64,000 nucleotides of DNA from an uncultured Smithella sp. GTDB taxonomy: Bacteria > Desulfobacterota > Syntrophia > Syntrophales > Smithellaceae. The position numbers and the translations under genes are program-made. Position 1 is the first letter of the stretch; every line of letters starts with the position of its first letter. Positions 1 through 9,340 of the stretch are shown here, piece after piece. The notes below the pieces were generated by a model that was not told where the DNA came from, did not search any database, and saw only the letters and a program-made list of their open reading frames with translations. Location: positions 2,266 to 66,265 of the forward strand of contig CAZYIE010000006.1 in the NCBI GenBank assembly GCA_964646755.1, in the 5' to 3' direction.

Positions 1-525
1 AAAAATCGGAAAATCTACTTTTGCCTGTACTTTGCTTAAGGCAATAATGGCCTCCGCCGATGATCTGCTTTCAATGAATTCTGATTCACCCAGATGAATA
101 ATAATGCTCTTTCCCCCGGCAGCTTCCCGCTCTAAAAAAGCCAATTTCCCGGATAGCGCTTTTTGCTTTTTCCCTAATCGCCGCAGGAAAGAGGACCAGA
201 GAAACTTTATCATCATGGGCAGGGGCTGCCAGAAAGACATATTCATTCCATGACAGTAGGATGGCTTTGGTAAGTCTTTTCGCGAGGCAAGTTCATGAAT
301 TATGAGGCTGTTGAGCTTGCTTCTTTGTTTTATCGCGTAAACGACGAGACCTTCGGATGCCAGTTTTTTTATTTTTTCCACATATTCATCGGCAATCGAT
401 ACACGGGAAAGAAATGTTTTTGCCGGTCGAAATCTTAAAAAATCCTGCCGGTCATAAAGACAACCGGAATAATATTCTTCATTTTTTCCTGGCGAATCTA
501 TCTTTTTTCTTTCAGCACTATTCAA
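1..525 (-). CDS. partial ORF leaving the window (about 175 N-terminal codons), function unknown
   Basis: The minus-strand frame is open from an in-frame TGA (529-531) to position 1. It is absent from the ORF track because it is truncated. It has no ATG; the only candidate start is TTG at 525-523. Translation: ...EYVEKIKKLASEGLVVYAIKQRSKLNSLIIHELASRKDLPKPSYCHG... It faintly resembles the N-termini of PlsB-type acyltransferases, from memory only. Confidence 0.35.
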   Translation of the reverse strand, partial: MNSAERKKIDSPGKNEEYYSGCLYDRQDFLRFRPAKTFLSRVSIADEYVEKIKKLASEGLVVYAIKQRSKLNSLIIHELASRKDLPKPSYCHGMNMSFWQPLPMMIKFLWSSFLRRLGKKQKALSGKLAFLEREAAGGKSIIIHLGESEFIESRSSAEAIIALSKVQAKVDFPIF

Positions 526-593
526 TTTTCAGTTCCAATACAATTTCACCGCCCGCAGGCAGCTTATTTTACTTATTGTCCTGTAAGCAAAAA

Positions 594-2375
594 TCAATCT
601 TCTTCTTTTTGAAATTCTTTGGGAAAATGCTGTTTCATATAATTTTGCACATAAGCACGCACTTCGGAAGCAACACTAAAAGACATGGCATTCTTCAGCA
701 GCACTTTTGCGTCTTTAAGGTTTGATGCCCTTATTATTCGCTTAATGCGGGGAATTGCCAAATGGTTCATACTTAATTCATCCAGTTCCATGCCCAAAAG
801 GATCAAGCAGCACATCGGATCGCCCGCCATTTCCCCACACATTGCCACCCTAATCTTCGCTTTATGAGCTGCATCAACCACTCTTTTTAATAGTATTAAA
901 ACAGCCGGATGCAACGGTTCATATAAATACATCAAATGTTCATTAGCCCGGTCTATGGCCAGAGCATATTGAATTAGATCATTTGTCCCAATGCTGAAAA
1001 AATCAACTTCCCGCGCCAGCTTATCGGCAAGCACAACAGCAGAGGGAACTTCGATCATCGCACCTATTTCTATTTTAGGCGCCATTTTTACACCTTCAGC
1101 CACAAGTTCAGCTCTTGCTTCCTGCAGCAATTGTTTTGCTTCTCTAATTTCCTCAATTCCGGAAATCATTGGGAAAAGAATTTTGGCTTTTCCTACGGCG
1201 CTGGCACGCAAGATGGCCCTCAATTGCGTTTTGAATAAATCAACTTCTTTCAAACAAAAACGAATCGCCCGCAACCCCATTTGCGGATTTAATTCTTTAG
1301 CCGGTTTTGAATTGGAAGGAAATTTATCCCCGCCGAGATCAAAAGTTCTAATGGTTGACCAGAGCAATTCTTTAGTTTTTACAACCTGGCAATAATTATT
1401 GAAATGATCTTCTTCGGTGGGCAAATTCTCACTGTTTATATAAATAAATTCTGTCCGGTACAGTCCGATATATTCGGCGCCATGAGTAATTGCCATTGGT
1501 ATTTCTTCAACAAATTCGATATTTCCGCCAATTTGCACCCGATAATTATCCAGAGTAACGGCGGGAAGCTTTGCATGACTGAGATATTCATTTTTAGCGG
1601 CGGCATAATGTGTTTTTTTCTCTTCATACCTGGTGAGCATGTCCGGATAGGGATTAACAATAACCAATCCCGATGTGCCATCAACAATTATAATATCTGC
1701 TGTTTGCACCTGACTGGTGATATTATCCAGCCCGGCGACTGCCGGTATTTCCATGGAACGGGCAACAATCGCCGTATGCGATGTCCGACCACCGATATCA
1801 GTGGCAAATCCCCTTACTTTTTCCATTTTCAGCTGAGCGGTATCGGCGGGAGAAATATCCTGGGCAACCACAATAACATTGTCATCAAATCCCCAGACGG
1901 TTTCTCTTTTTTTCCCTGAAAGGTTACGTAATATCCTTTCGGTGACATGCTGAATATCGCTGATGCGTCCGCTGATATAAGTATCTTCAACATCGGCAAA
2001 TATTTTTTTGTACCGGTCGAGCATCATTCGTACGGCCCATTCCGCATTAATTCCCAATCGGCGGATGTATTTGACCGTACGGCTGATAAATTTCTTGTCT
2101 TTCAGAATTAAAACATGAACATCAATGACATAGAGAGGCTCGTCGATCTTTGTTTTCCTGATATTTTCCTGAATTTCTAAAAGCTGACGCTCGGATTCTT
2201 TCAGGGCATTTTTAAAACGTTGAATTTCTTTCGGAATGAGTGCTGCGTCACCAAGCTTATAAAAAGAAAGTTGAATATCCAGCGGGTCAAAAAGATAGGC
2301 TTTACCGATAACAATACCCGGGGAAATACCTATCCCCTTAAGAACCAGTGTTTTTTTCTCCTGATAGGCGCCCAT
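594..2375 (-). CDS. ptsI: phosphoenolpyruvate-protein phosphotransferase (PTS Enzyme I)
   Basis: 593 aa with full-length EI architecture. It has the phosphohistidine region GGRTSHTAIVARSMEIPAV and the C-terminal PEP-utilising motifs FFSIGTNDLIQY and MCGEMAGDP. Confidence 0.95.
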   Translation of the reverse strand: MGAYQEKKTLVLKGIGISPGIVIGKAYLFDPLDIQLSFYKLGDAALIPKEIQRFKNALKESERQLLEIQENIRKTKIDEPLYVIDVHVLILKDKKFISRTVKYIRRLGINAEWAVRMMLDRYKKIFADVEDTYISGRISDIQHVTERILRNLSGKKRETVWGFDDNVIVVAQDISPADTAQLKMEKVRGFATDIGGRTSHTAIVARSMEIPAVAGLDNITSQVQTADIIIVDGTSGLVIVNPYPDMLTRYEEKKTHYAAAKNEYLSHAKLPAVTLDNYRVQIGGNIEFVEEIPMAITHGAEYIGLYRTEFIYINSENLPTEEDHFNNYCQVVKTKELLWSTIRTFDLGGDKFPSNSKPAKELNPQMGLRAIRFCLKEVDLFKTQLRAILRASAVGKAKILFPMISGIEEIREAKQLLQEARAELVAEGVKMAPKIEIGAMIEVPSAVVLADKLAREVDFFSIGTNDLIQYALAIDRANEHLMYLYEPLHPAVLILLKRVVDAAHKAKIRVAMCGEMAGDPMCCLILLGMELDELSMNHLAIPRIKRIIRASNLKDAKVLLKNAMSFSVASEVRAYVQNYMKQHFPKEFQKEED

Positions 2376-2383
2376 ATTGTTAT

Positions 2384-2653
2384 TTAATCTTCCCCAAATT
2401 TGTTTTCGATTAAATTTTCCAATGCCTTCATTGCTGCCGGCACATCATGTCCCTCAATCCTTATTGTTAATCTTCCGTTATAAGGACAGGCTAAAGTGAG
2501 TATACCCAGAATGCTTTTACCGTTAACGGTTTGTCCGTTGCACTCTATGTAAATATCCGATTTAAATTGATGCGCAATTTTAACAAAGGCTGCTGCCGGC
2601 CGGGCATGCATTCCCAATTTATTTTTTAATTTAAATGTTTTAATTTCTATCAA
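2384..2653 (-). CDS. ptsH: phosphocarrier protein HPr
   Basis: 89 aa with the active-site His context NKLGMHARPAA. It lies directly upstream of ptsI. Confidence 0.9.
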   Translation of the reverse strand: MIEIKTFKLKNKLGMHARPAAAFVKIAHQFKSDIYIECNGQTVNGKSILGILTLACPYNGRLTIRIEGHDVPAAMKALENLIENKFGED

Positions 2654-3414
2654 TTTAAAAAATCTTTCAATGATATTATAAGAAATATTAAAGCTGAGCT
2701 GTATAAAATATAAATTTGTGAAATCCTTTTTTTAATAAGTCCAATGCAAACCAGAATAATGGCAATAGCCACCAACTTGATCGCAATGTCAGACAAATCA
2801 ATAAATGATAGATTTCCGTTACTGTTAAGCCCAAAAGCTGACCACCCGGCCAAGACAACCAAAGAAGCCCACCTAATATTAACGGCATTGCGCGGCAAAT
2901 CCAGCATCCGGATGAATTCAATGCCTTGCTTTCCTCTTCGATATCCTTCCAGAAAGCCTTTTAATCTTACCCAGATATGAGCCGGCATATATAATACCAA
3001 AAAAGCCAGCGGTGCAAGAACATAACCCATGTATGCTAAAACACAAGAAACAATTGCCGCAAAAGGCCGCAACGCTCCCCAGAAAAAAGTATCACCGATG
3101 GCCGCATAAGGCCCCTCTAAAACTTGTTTTATTGCCACAGCATCCGTTGATGGATTATTTCCCTTTTCCTTAATCTGCTCTTCTTCCAAACGAACAACCG
3201 AACCCACAACAGATGCCGAAAAATAAGGATGTGTATTAAACATCTGCAAGTGACTAGTTAAAAATTTTGCTGCATCACTCTGTGTCAAATTCCATTCACG
3301 AATTACGGGAATCATCGCCATTGCAAAACCCATGTTCTGCATTCTTCGAAAATTAAGCGTTGCTGAGATAAAAAAAGATCTGAAAAAAATCTTAGCTAAT
3401 ACTAACCTATTCAC
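2650..3414 (-). CDS. PTS mannose/fructose/sorbose-family IID component
   Basis: 254-aa membrane protein with EIID-AGA-like motifs (MFNTHPYF, GDTFFWG). It has a GTG start and overlaps the ptsH start by 4 nt. Confidence 0.8.
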   Translation of the reverse strand: MNRLVLAKIFFRSFFISATLNFRRMQNMGFAMAMIPVIREWNLTQSDAAKFLTSHLQMFNTHPYFSASVVGSVVRLEEEQIKEKGNNPSTDAVAIKQVLEGPYAAIGDTFFWGALRPFAAIVSCVLAYMGYVLAPLAFLVLYMPAHIWVRLKGFLEGYRRGKQGIEFIRMLDLPRNAVNIRWASLVVLAGWSAFGLNSNGNLSFIDLSDIAIKLVAIAIILVCIGLIKKRISQIYILYSSALIFLIISLKDFLN

Positions 3415-3666
3415 TTTTTTTACGGCCTCAAAAGCAATAAACAGTGTATTTTAATGCCTTTTCCAGTAGCATAAAACAATACCGAAGTCAATTTAATCAC
3501 AAGGAATACATGATATTTCAATTTTTCTTGACAAGTGCTTCTTTTGTTGTTAAGGACACGCCGGTTTTTATAAAAATACCACAAGCGGAGATTTTTTATT
3601 CATTTCTTCCGCGAATTTTTAATGCCGACTGATATAAAATGGAAAAAACATTAGGGGGGTAGTTGA

Positions 3667-3948
3667 ATGCTTTGTCAGACAGTTAAAACAGGAATAGAAT
3701 GCGCTTTTATGAGTAAAAAAGGCTGTGGTTTTTTTGGCGGCAGCTGTCATGTAATAGTTGATAAATGCACTGATTGCAGCAAGATATTTGAATACGAATC
3801 AGGAAAATACTGCAAGGTTTATCCGGATCCAACAAGCAAGTGGCTCAATGGCAAATGCCCGACGGCAACGCACATCAAACTGGAAGTTAAAGAAGCAGCA
3901 CAGAAAGTCAATCCACTTAAAGCTTCCAAAAGAGCAAACAAGAAATAA
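3667..3948 (+). CDS. PxxKW-family cysteine-rich small protein
   Basis: 93 aa with multiple Cys pairs and the PTSKW motif (YPDPTSKWLNGKCP). A G-rich SD precedes the ATG. Confidence 0.7.
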   Translation: MLCQTVKTGIECAFMSKKGCGFFGGSCHVIVDKCTDCSKIFEYESGKYCKVYPDPTSKWLNGKCPTATHIKLEVKEAAQKVNPLKASKRANKK

Positions 3949-4008
3949 TCTTCAGTCTCGAGAATCACTCCGAAACATGCTTCTCAGGCAAAGATGTTGC
4001 GATGAAAC

Positions 4009-4041
4009 AAAAAAGCCGACTAATTGTTAGTCGGCTTTTTT
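4009..4041. terminator. bidirectional rho-independent terminator
   Basis: Hairpin AGCCGACTAA-ttg-TTAGTCGGCT flanked by an A-run and a T-run. It sits between the convergent PxxKW and merR-like genes. Confidence 0.75.
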
Positions 4042-4042
4042 A

Positions 4043-4381
4043 TCAGCTGATCATATTTCTGATTTGCTGCAATTCGTGTTTAATCAATAGCAATTTTTCG
4101 CGATCGACAACTTTTAATTCCGGATCACCTTCTCCGCGCATTTTTGCGAGCTGCTTCTTGGCTCCGTCAATTGTAAAGCGTTGCGAATAAAGCAAATTTC
4201 GAATCGTTAATAATTCCTGAACATCTTTTTTGCGGTATAGACGTTGGGCAGATTTTGTGCGCACAGGTTTTACTGATTTGAACTCTGTCTCCCAGTAGCG
4301 AATAACGTAAGACTCAACATCAAGAATTTTACTTACTTCTCCAATACGGAAATAGGCCTTTTCGGGAATTACTGTTTCCAT
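4043..4381 (-). CDS. MerR-family transcriptional regulator
   Basis: 112 aa with an N-terminal MerR HTH (YFRIGEVSKILDVESYVIRYWETEF). Confidence 0.8.
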   Translation of the reverse strand: METVIPEKAYFRIGEVSKILDVESYVIRYWETEFKSVKPVRTKSAQRLYRKKDVQELLTIRNLLYSQRFTIDGAKKQLAKMRGEGDPELKVVDREKLLLIKHELQQIRNMIS

Positions 4382-4429
4382 AAAATTCCTAAATCCTCAC
4401 GGTGAAATTCCCCGCTACACCTTACAAAA

Positions 4430-4702
4430 CTAGTTCAAGGCTTTACGCAATACCTGAGAGGACTTAAAAGTTAGAACCCTCCGGGCGGTAATGGATATTT
4501 CCTGACCAGTCTGAGGATTACGGCCGCGACGTTCTCTTTTTTCTTTTACAACAAAATTACCGAAGCCGGAAATCTTTACTTTGTCGCCTTGGGCAAGACT
4601 GTCTTTAATAATGTCAAATACAGATTCAACGATATCAGCCGACTCTTTTTTGGAAAAACCAAGCTTCTCATAAACATTTTGAATAATATCAATCTTCGTC
4701 AT
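4430..4702 (-). CDS. ihfA: integration host factor alpha subunit (HU/IHF family)
   Basis: 90 aa with the motifs GFGNFVVKEKRERRGRNPQTGQEI. It is downstream of pheT, as is typical. Confidence 0.88.
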   Translation of the reverse strand: MTKIDIIQNVYEKLGFSKKESADIVESVFDIIKDSLAQGDKVKISGFGNFVVKEKRERRGRNPQTGQEISITARRVLTFKSSQVLRKALN

Positions 4703-4731
4703 TTCTTTTCCTCCGTTTTAGCTTCGTATGA

Positions 4732-7143
4732 CTATTCGCCTCTTACTTTCGCACCAGTTAATTCAATGGTGTTGCGCACAATTTTTTCGTGGACATTATT
4801 TACTTCAACATCGGTCAATGTTTTATCCGGTGCGCGATAAGAAAACCGCAATCCCAGACTTTTCGTTTCTTCAGCAAGACCTTTGCCTGTGTATATATCA
4901 AAAACAACAACATTTTCAAGTAAATCTTCTTTCTGACGCAAAACAATATCCAACATATGATCTGTTTCCACACCAGATCCGACAACAAAAGCTACATCCC
5001 TTGTCACTGCAGGATATTTTGATATTTCTTTATAAGTAATACCGCATGCATTATAGGCCGCCAAGGCATCCAGATCAATTTCAAATATATAGGAGTTTAT
5101 TTTTAAATCCATTTTATCCTGAACATCAGGATGCAACTCGCCTGCATAACCTATTTTTCTGTCATTTAAATAGATATTGCAGGATTTTCCCTGGTGTAAA
5201 AACGTCTCTGGATTTTCAGAGCGGTACTGGCAATTGTCTATTTTTAAATCAAAAAATATATTAGCAATGCAGCCTTTTATATCATAAAAATCGACATTTC
5301 GCTTGGAATTCCATAAATCTTCGCTAATAATCCCGGATAATAGTCCTGCCAGAATATTTCTTTCTTCAGGCAACTTCCCTTCACCACGGCTAAGAAAAGT
5401 TCTGCCCATTTCAAAAAGCTTTAAATTCACGCAGCCATTATTGGCGTTTTTTTTCAGCGTATCGATCAGACCGAAAACCATAGTTGTCCGCATAACCGAT
5501 TGATCTTCCACCAGTGGATTCTTAATATGAACCAGACGGCATCTTTCATCGTTTTCTTTCAGACATAGGTAATTGATAGACAGCGGGGTAATGAAACTGT
5601 AGTTGACAACTTCATTGTAACCGTTGCCCGTCAAAAGACAGCGAATTCTTTCTTCCAGATCCAGGCGGCCAATAGCAGTCATTTCGGCAACAGAAACATT
5701 AGGAAGAGTCACCGGCACACGATCATAACCATAAAGGCGGGCAACTTCTTCGATCAAATCAACTTCTCTCGTAATATCAACTCGATATGTCGGTGGTGTA
5801 ACAAGATACCTTCCCTCTTCCGTTTCCCTGATATCCATCCCGATGCTCTGTAAAATCTTTACCACATCTTCGCTCTTAATGGACGTGCCGATTATTGCGT
5901 TGATCCGGCTGAGCCTCAAGGGAATATCCGTGGCGACCTGAACTTTCATTGGATATTCATCAATATAATTTTTACAAATGCTGCCGCCTGAAAGACTCGC
6001 AATCAATGTGGCAGCTCGATTTAATGCTCCCAATACTCCTTCCGGATCGATTCCCCTCTCAAAACGGAAAGCCGCATCCGTGGGCATAGCCATTTTTCTT
6101 GCCGAACGGCGAATTGTGGACGGATTAAAATAAGCGCTCTCCAGAAATACGACCGAAGTATCATCCTTAACTTCCGAATTGAGTCCTCCCATAATACCGC
6201 CAATAGCAACGGGCTTTACACCATCACAAATCAGTAACGTATCAGCATCCAGTTTCCGGCTCTTACCATCAAGAGAGATAAATTCTTCATCAAGGTTAGA
6301 CTTGCGAACCACAATACGGCCTTCTTCCAGGAAACGAAAATCAAAAGAGTGCAGTGGTTGCCCCATCTCCAGCATGACAAAATTAGTTACATCTACCACA
6401 TTATTGATGGAACGCAATCCCACAGCTTCGAGCCTTGTTTTCATCCAGACAGGAGATGGGCCCACCTTAACATCCTTAATTATTCTTGCCGTATAGCGGG
6501 GGCAAAGATCGGCATTAATGATTTTAACGGAAGTCAGCGCATTAATGTCTTCAGCTGATTCCCGGATATCGCCGGCTTTTATCTTTATTGTTTTACCGGT
6601 TATTGCCGCCACTTCCCGCGCAATACCGATCATACTTAGACAATCAGCGCGATTCGGTGTTATGCCGACATCAAGAACCGTATCGCCCAGATCGAGTATT
6701 TCTTCCAGCGGCTTCCCCAACACAGTATCGGGCGGCAATTGCATTATTCCCGCAGCACCATCACCAACTTCCAGCTCCGCTTCCGAACACAACATACCAT
6801 CCGATTTTTCGCCGCGTAAAACAGATGATTTAATTGTATATCCTCCCGGTATTGTTGCTCCAATTTTTGCAAGAGGAACAATATTTCCGGCTTTAATGTT
6901 TTTTGCACCGCACACAATAGGATAGTTTTGGGAACCGTCGGTGACTTCACAAAGAGATAATTTGTCGGCAGACGGATGAGGTTTTACAGAAATAATTTGA
7001 GCAGTAACAACTCCGTCAAATGCCGGTTTTATTAGTTTTATTTCATCAACTTCCAGGCCGGCCATAGTCAACGACTCTGCCAGTTCGGAAGCTGATAAAT
7101 CAACATCTACATAATCTTTGAGCCATTTGAGGCTAACCAGCAT
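4732..7143 (-). CDS. pheT: phenylalanine--tRNA ligase beta subunit
   Basis: 803 aa with an N-terminal tRNA-binding domain, B3/4 and B5 domains and a C-terminal FDX-ACB-like end. It follows pheS. Confidence 0.95.
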   Translation of the reverse strand: MLVSLKWLKDYVDVDLSASELAESLTMAGLEVDEIKLIKPAFDGVVTAQIISVKPHPSADKLSLCEVTDGSQNYPIVCGAKNIKAGNIVPLAKIGATIPGGYTIKSSVLRGEKSDGMLCSEAELEVGDGAAGIMQLPPDTVLGKPLEEILDLGDTVLDVGITPNRADCLSMIGIAREVAAITGKTIKIKAGDIRESAEDINALTSVKIINADLCPRYTARIIKDVKVGPSPVWMKTRLEAVGLRSINNVVDVTNFVMLEMGQPLHSFDFRFLEEGRIVVRKSNLDEEFISLDGKSRKLDADTLLICDGVKPVAIGGIMGGLNSEVKDDTSVVFLESAYFNPSTIRRSARKMAMPTDAAFRFERGIDPEGVLGALNRAATLIASLSGGSICKNYIDEYPMKVQVATDIPLRLSRINAIIGTSIKSEDVVKILQSIGMDIRETEEGRYLVTPPTYRVDITREVDLIEEVARLYGYDRVPVTLPNVSVAEMTAIGRLDLEERIRCLLTGNGYNEVVNYSFITPLSINYLCLKENDERCRLVHIKNPLVEDQSVMRTTMVFGLIDTLKKNANNGCVNLKLFEMGRTFLSRGEGKLPEERNILAGLLSGIISEDLWNSKRNVDFYDIKGCIANIFFDLKIDNCQYRSENPETFLHQGKSCNIYLNDRKIGYAGELHPDVQDKMDLKINSYIFEIDLDALAAYNACGITYKEISKYPAVTRDVAFVVGSGVETDHMLDIVLRQKEDLLENVVVFDIYTGKGLAEETKSLGLRFSYRAPDKTLTDVEVNNVHEKIVRNTIELTGAKVRGE

Positions 7144-7157
7144 AACGCAAGGCTCTC

Positions 7158-8174
7158 CTAGAATTGTCTAAGGAATCGAATATCGTTTTCAAAAAATAAG
7201 CGAATATCAGAAATGCCATATTTAAGCATCGCAATACGTTCCAGACCAAGACCAAAGGCAAAGCCGGTGTATTCTTCCGGATCGTAACCAACATTTTGAA
7301 ATACTGCCGGGTCAACCATGCCGGACCCAAGTATCTCCAGCCAGCCGCTTTGTCCACATACCCGGCAACCGCGCCCATTGCACATTACACAGCGAATATC
7401 AACTTCAGCAGACGGTTCAGTGAAAGGGAAGAAACTGGGACGGAAACGCAGCGTTGTCTTGCTCCCAAATACTTTTTTGAGAAATGCAGTTAAGATACCT
7501 TTTAAATCGCCGAAACTGATACCACGATCTACCAGCAAGCCTTCCATCTGGTGAAACATTGGCGTGTGGGATATATCGGAATCGGGACGGTAAACCCTGC
7601 CGGGAGACAAAATACGTACGGGTGGTTGCACTTTTTCCATTATCCGTATCTGAACCGGCGAAGTATGTGTCCGCAAAACGATGTTTTCTTCGATATAAAA
7701 AGTATCTTGCATATCCCGCGCCGGATGATCTTTGGGAATATTCAGAGCTTCAAAGTTATAATAATCAAGCTCTATTTCCGGACCTTCGACGACAGAAAAA
7801 CCGAAAGATGCAAAGATGTCGCATATTTCACGGCGCACTTGAATTACGGGATGGATACGTCCGCAGGAAACAAAACGTCCGGGTAAAGTGACATCAATTT
7901 TTTCTTTAAGCAGGATGTCTTCTTTTTTCCGGCTGAACTGGAGTTTAAGAGCATCCTCAATCCTGGAATTAAGAATATCCTTCACTTCATTACAGCGCTT
8001 CCCGAATAAAGGTTTCTCTTCATCCGGGACTTGAGCAATGTTTCTTAACAGTCCCGTCAGAAGCCCTTTACGGCCCAGATATTTTGTCCTTACAGCCAGA
8101 AGTTGTTCTTCAGTTGTTGCCGTTGCCAGTTCGACAAGAGCATCTTTTTCCAGCTGTTGAAGCTTCCCAATCAT
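7158..8174 (-). CDS. pheS: phenylalanine--tRNA ligase alpha subunit
   Basis: 338 aa with class II aaRS motifs ([41 protein letters not shown]). Confidence 0.95.
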   Translation of the reverse strand: MIGKLQQLEKDALVELATATTEEQLLAVRTKYLGRKGLLTGLLRNIAQVPDEEKPLFGKRCNEVKDILNSRIEDALKLQFSRKKEDILLKEKIDVTLPGRFVSCGRIHPVIQVRREICDIFASFGFSVVEGPEIELDYYNFEALNIPKDHPARDMQDTFYIEENIVLRTHTSPVQIRIMEKVQPPVRILSPGRVYRPDSDISHTPMFHQMEGLLVDRGISFGDLKGILTAFLKKVFGSKTTLRFRPSFFPFTEPSAEVDIRCVMCNGRGCRVCGQSGWLEILGSGMVDPAVFQNVGYDPEEYTGFAFGLGLERIAMLKYGISDIRLFFENDIRFLRQF

Positions 8175-8530
8175 GCCGCCTTCTCGCCACTTGCCAGAAC
8201 AACAACCTGAGCAAAACCTTGAGGATCATTGACAGCAAGTTCCGCCAGTATCTTACGATCCAATTCGATACCGGATTTCTTCATACCATCGATCAAACGG
8301 CTATAAGAAATATTATTGAGACGGGCGGCCGCATTAATACGCGCAATCCATAACTGACGAAATTCCCGTTTTCTCGCACGACGGTCGCGATATGAATATT
8401 TCATCGCCTTGTTTACGGCTTCGGTAGCTGTCCTGATCAGGCGACTACGGGCTCCAAAAAAACCTTTAGCCCGCTTTAATATCTTCCTTCTTCTCTTTTG
8501 GGCATTAACGCCCCTTTTTACCCTTGACAT
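8171..8530 (-). CDS. rplT: 50S ribosomal protein L20
   Basis: 119 aa starting [24 protein letters not shown]... Confidence 0.95.
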   Translation of the reverse strand: MSRVKRGVNAQKRRRKILKRAKGFFGARSRLIRTATEAVNKAMKYSYRDRRARKREFRQLWIARINAAARLNNISYSRLIDGMKKSGIELDRKILAELAVNDPQGFAQVVVLASGEKAA

Positions 8531-8574
8531 TTCCTCTTCTCTCCTAGTCTTAAACGAATATGATTGTCATTATT

Positions 8575-8772
8575 TTACAGATAAGGGATAAGCCTCTTTA
8601 TTTCTTTGAAGTTGGCGGAATGAACCAGCGAAGATTTCCTTAAAGCCCTCTTCCTCTTTGTTGTTTTCTTGGTAAGGATATGACTGGCAAAAGCCTTATT
8701 GCGTTTAACTTTTCCATTCGCGGTCAACGAAAAACGTTTGGCAGCCCCCCGATGAGTTTTTAGTTTTGGCAT
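8575..8772 (-). CDS. rpmI: 50S ribosomal protein L35
   Basis: [14 protein letters not shown]... The track ORF begins one codon earlier at TTG. The ATG at 8772 is preceded by AGAGGTGA. Confidence 0.93.
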   Translation of the reverse strand: MPKLKTHRGAAKRFSLTANGKVKRNKAFASHILTKKTTKRKRALRKSSLVHSANFKEIKRLIPYL

Positions 8773-8803
8773 CAAATCACCTCTTTATTTATCATTTTTA
8801 CTA

Positions 8804-9313
8804 TTATTTTTTGGGTGAAACAATCATAACCATGTTTCGACCTTCCAGCCTAGGCTCCTGGTCAATAATACATTCATTGATTAATTCACTTTTTATCTTA
8901 TCCATAATGCGGCGGCCGATTTCGGTAAAGGCAATCTCCCTGCCCCGGAACATCATCGATATTTTCACTTTATCATGTTTGTCTAAGAATTTTTTTATAT
9001 TTTTTACCTTAACCTGTACGTCGTGTTCCTCTGTTTTCGGCCTTAATCTTATTTCTTTAACATGAATGACTGCCTGACTTTTTTTAGCATCATGTTGTTT
9101 TTTGCTTATCCGATAGCGATATTTACCGTAATCCATTATTTTGCAAACAGGCGGGTCGGCAGTAGGCGATACTTCCACTAAATCCAAACCAACCCTCTCG
9201 GCATTAGCAATTGCTTCATCGAACGTAATAACTCCCAGTTGTTTCCCTTCAGCGTCAATTACTCGAACGCTTACCGACTTTATCTCCCTGTTGATTCTTA
9301 AATCTTTAACTAT
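8804..9313 (-). CDS. infC: translation initiation factor IF-3, non-canonical ATA start
   Basis: The track ORF (8804-9187, TTG) is N-terminally truncated. The frame stays open upstream to a TGA and encodes (I)VKDLRINREIKSVSVRVIDAEGKQLGVITFDEAIANAERVGLDLVEV, a typical IF-3 N-domain. The first sense codon after the GGAGGTGA SD is ATA at 9313-9311. Confidence 0.85.
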   Translation of the reverse strand: MVKDLRINREIKSVSVRVIDAEGKQLGVITFDEAIANAERVGLDLVEVSPTADPPVCKIMDYGKYRYRISKKQHDAKKSQAVIHVKEIRLRPKTEEHDVQVKVKNIKKFLDKHDKVKISMMFRGREIAFTEIGRRIMDKIKSELINECIIDQEPRLEGRNMVMIVSPKK

Positions 9314-9340
9314 ACGTCACCTCCTGAAACAAATAAACTT

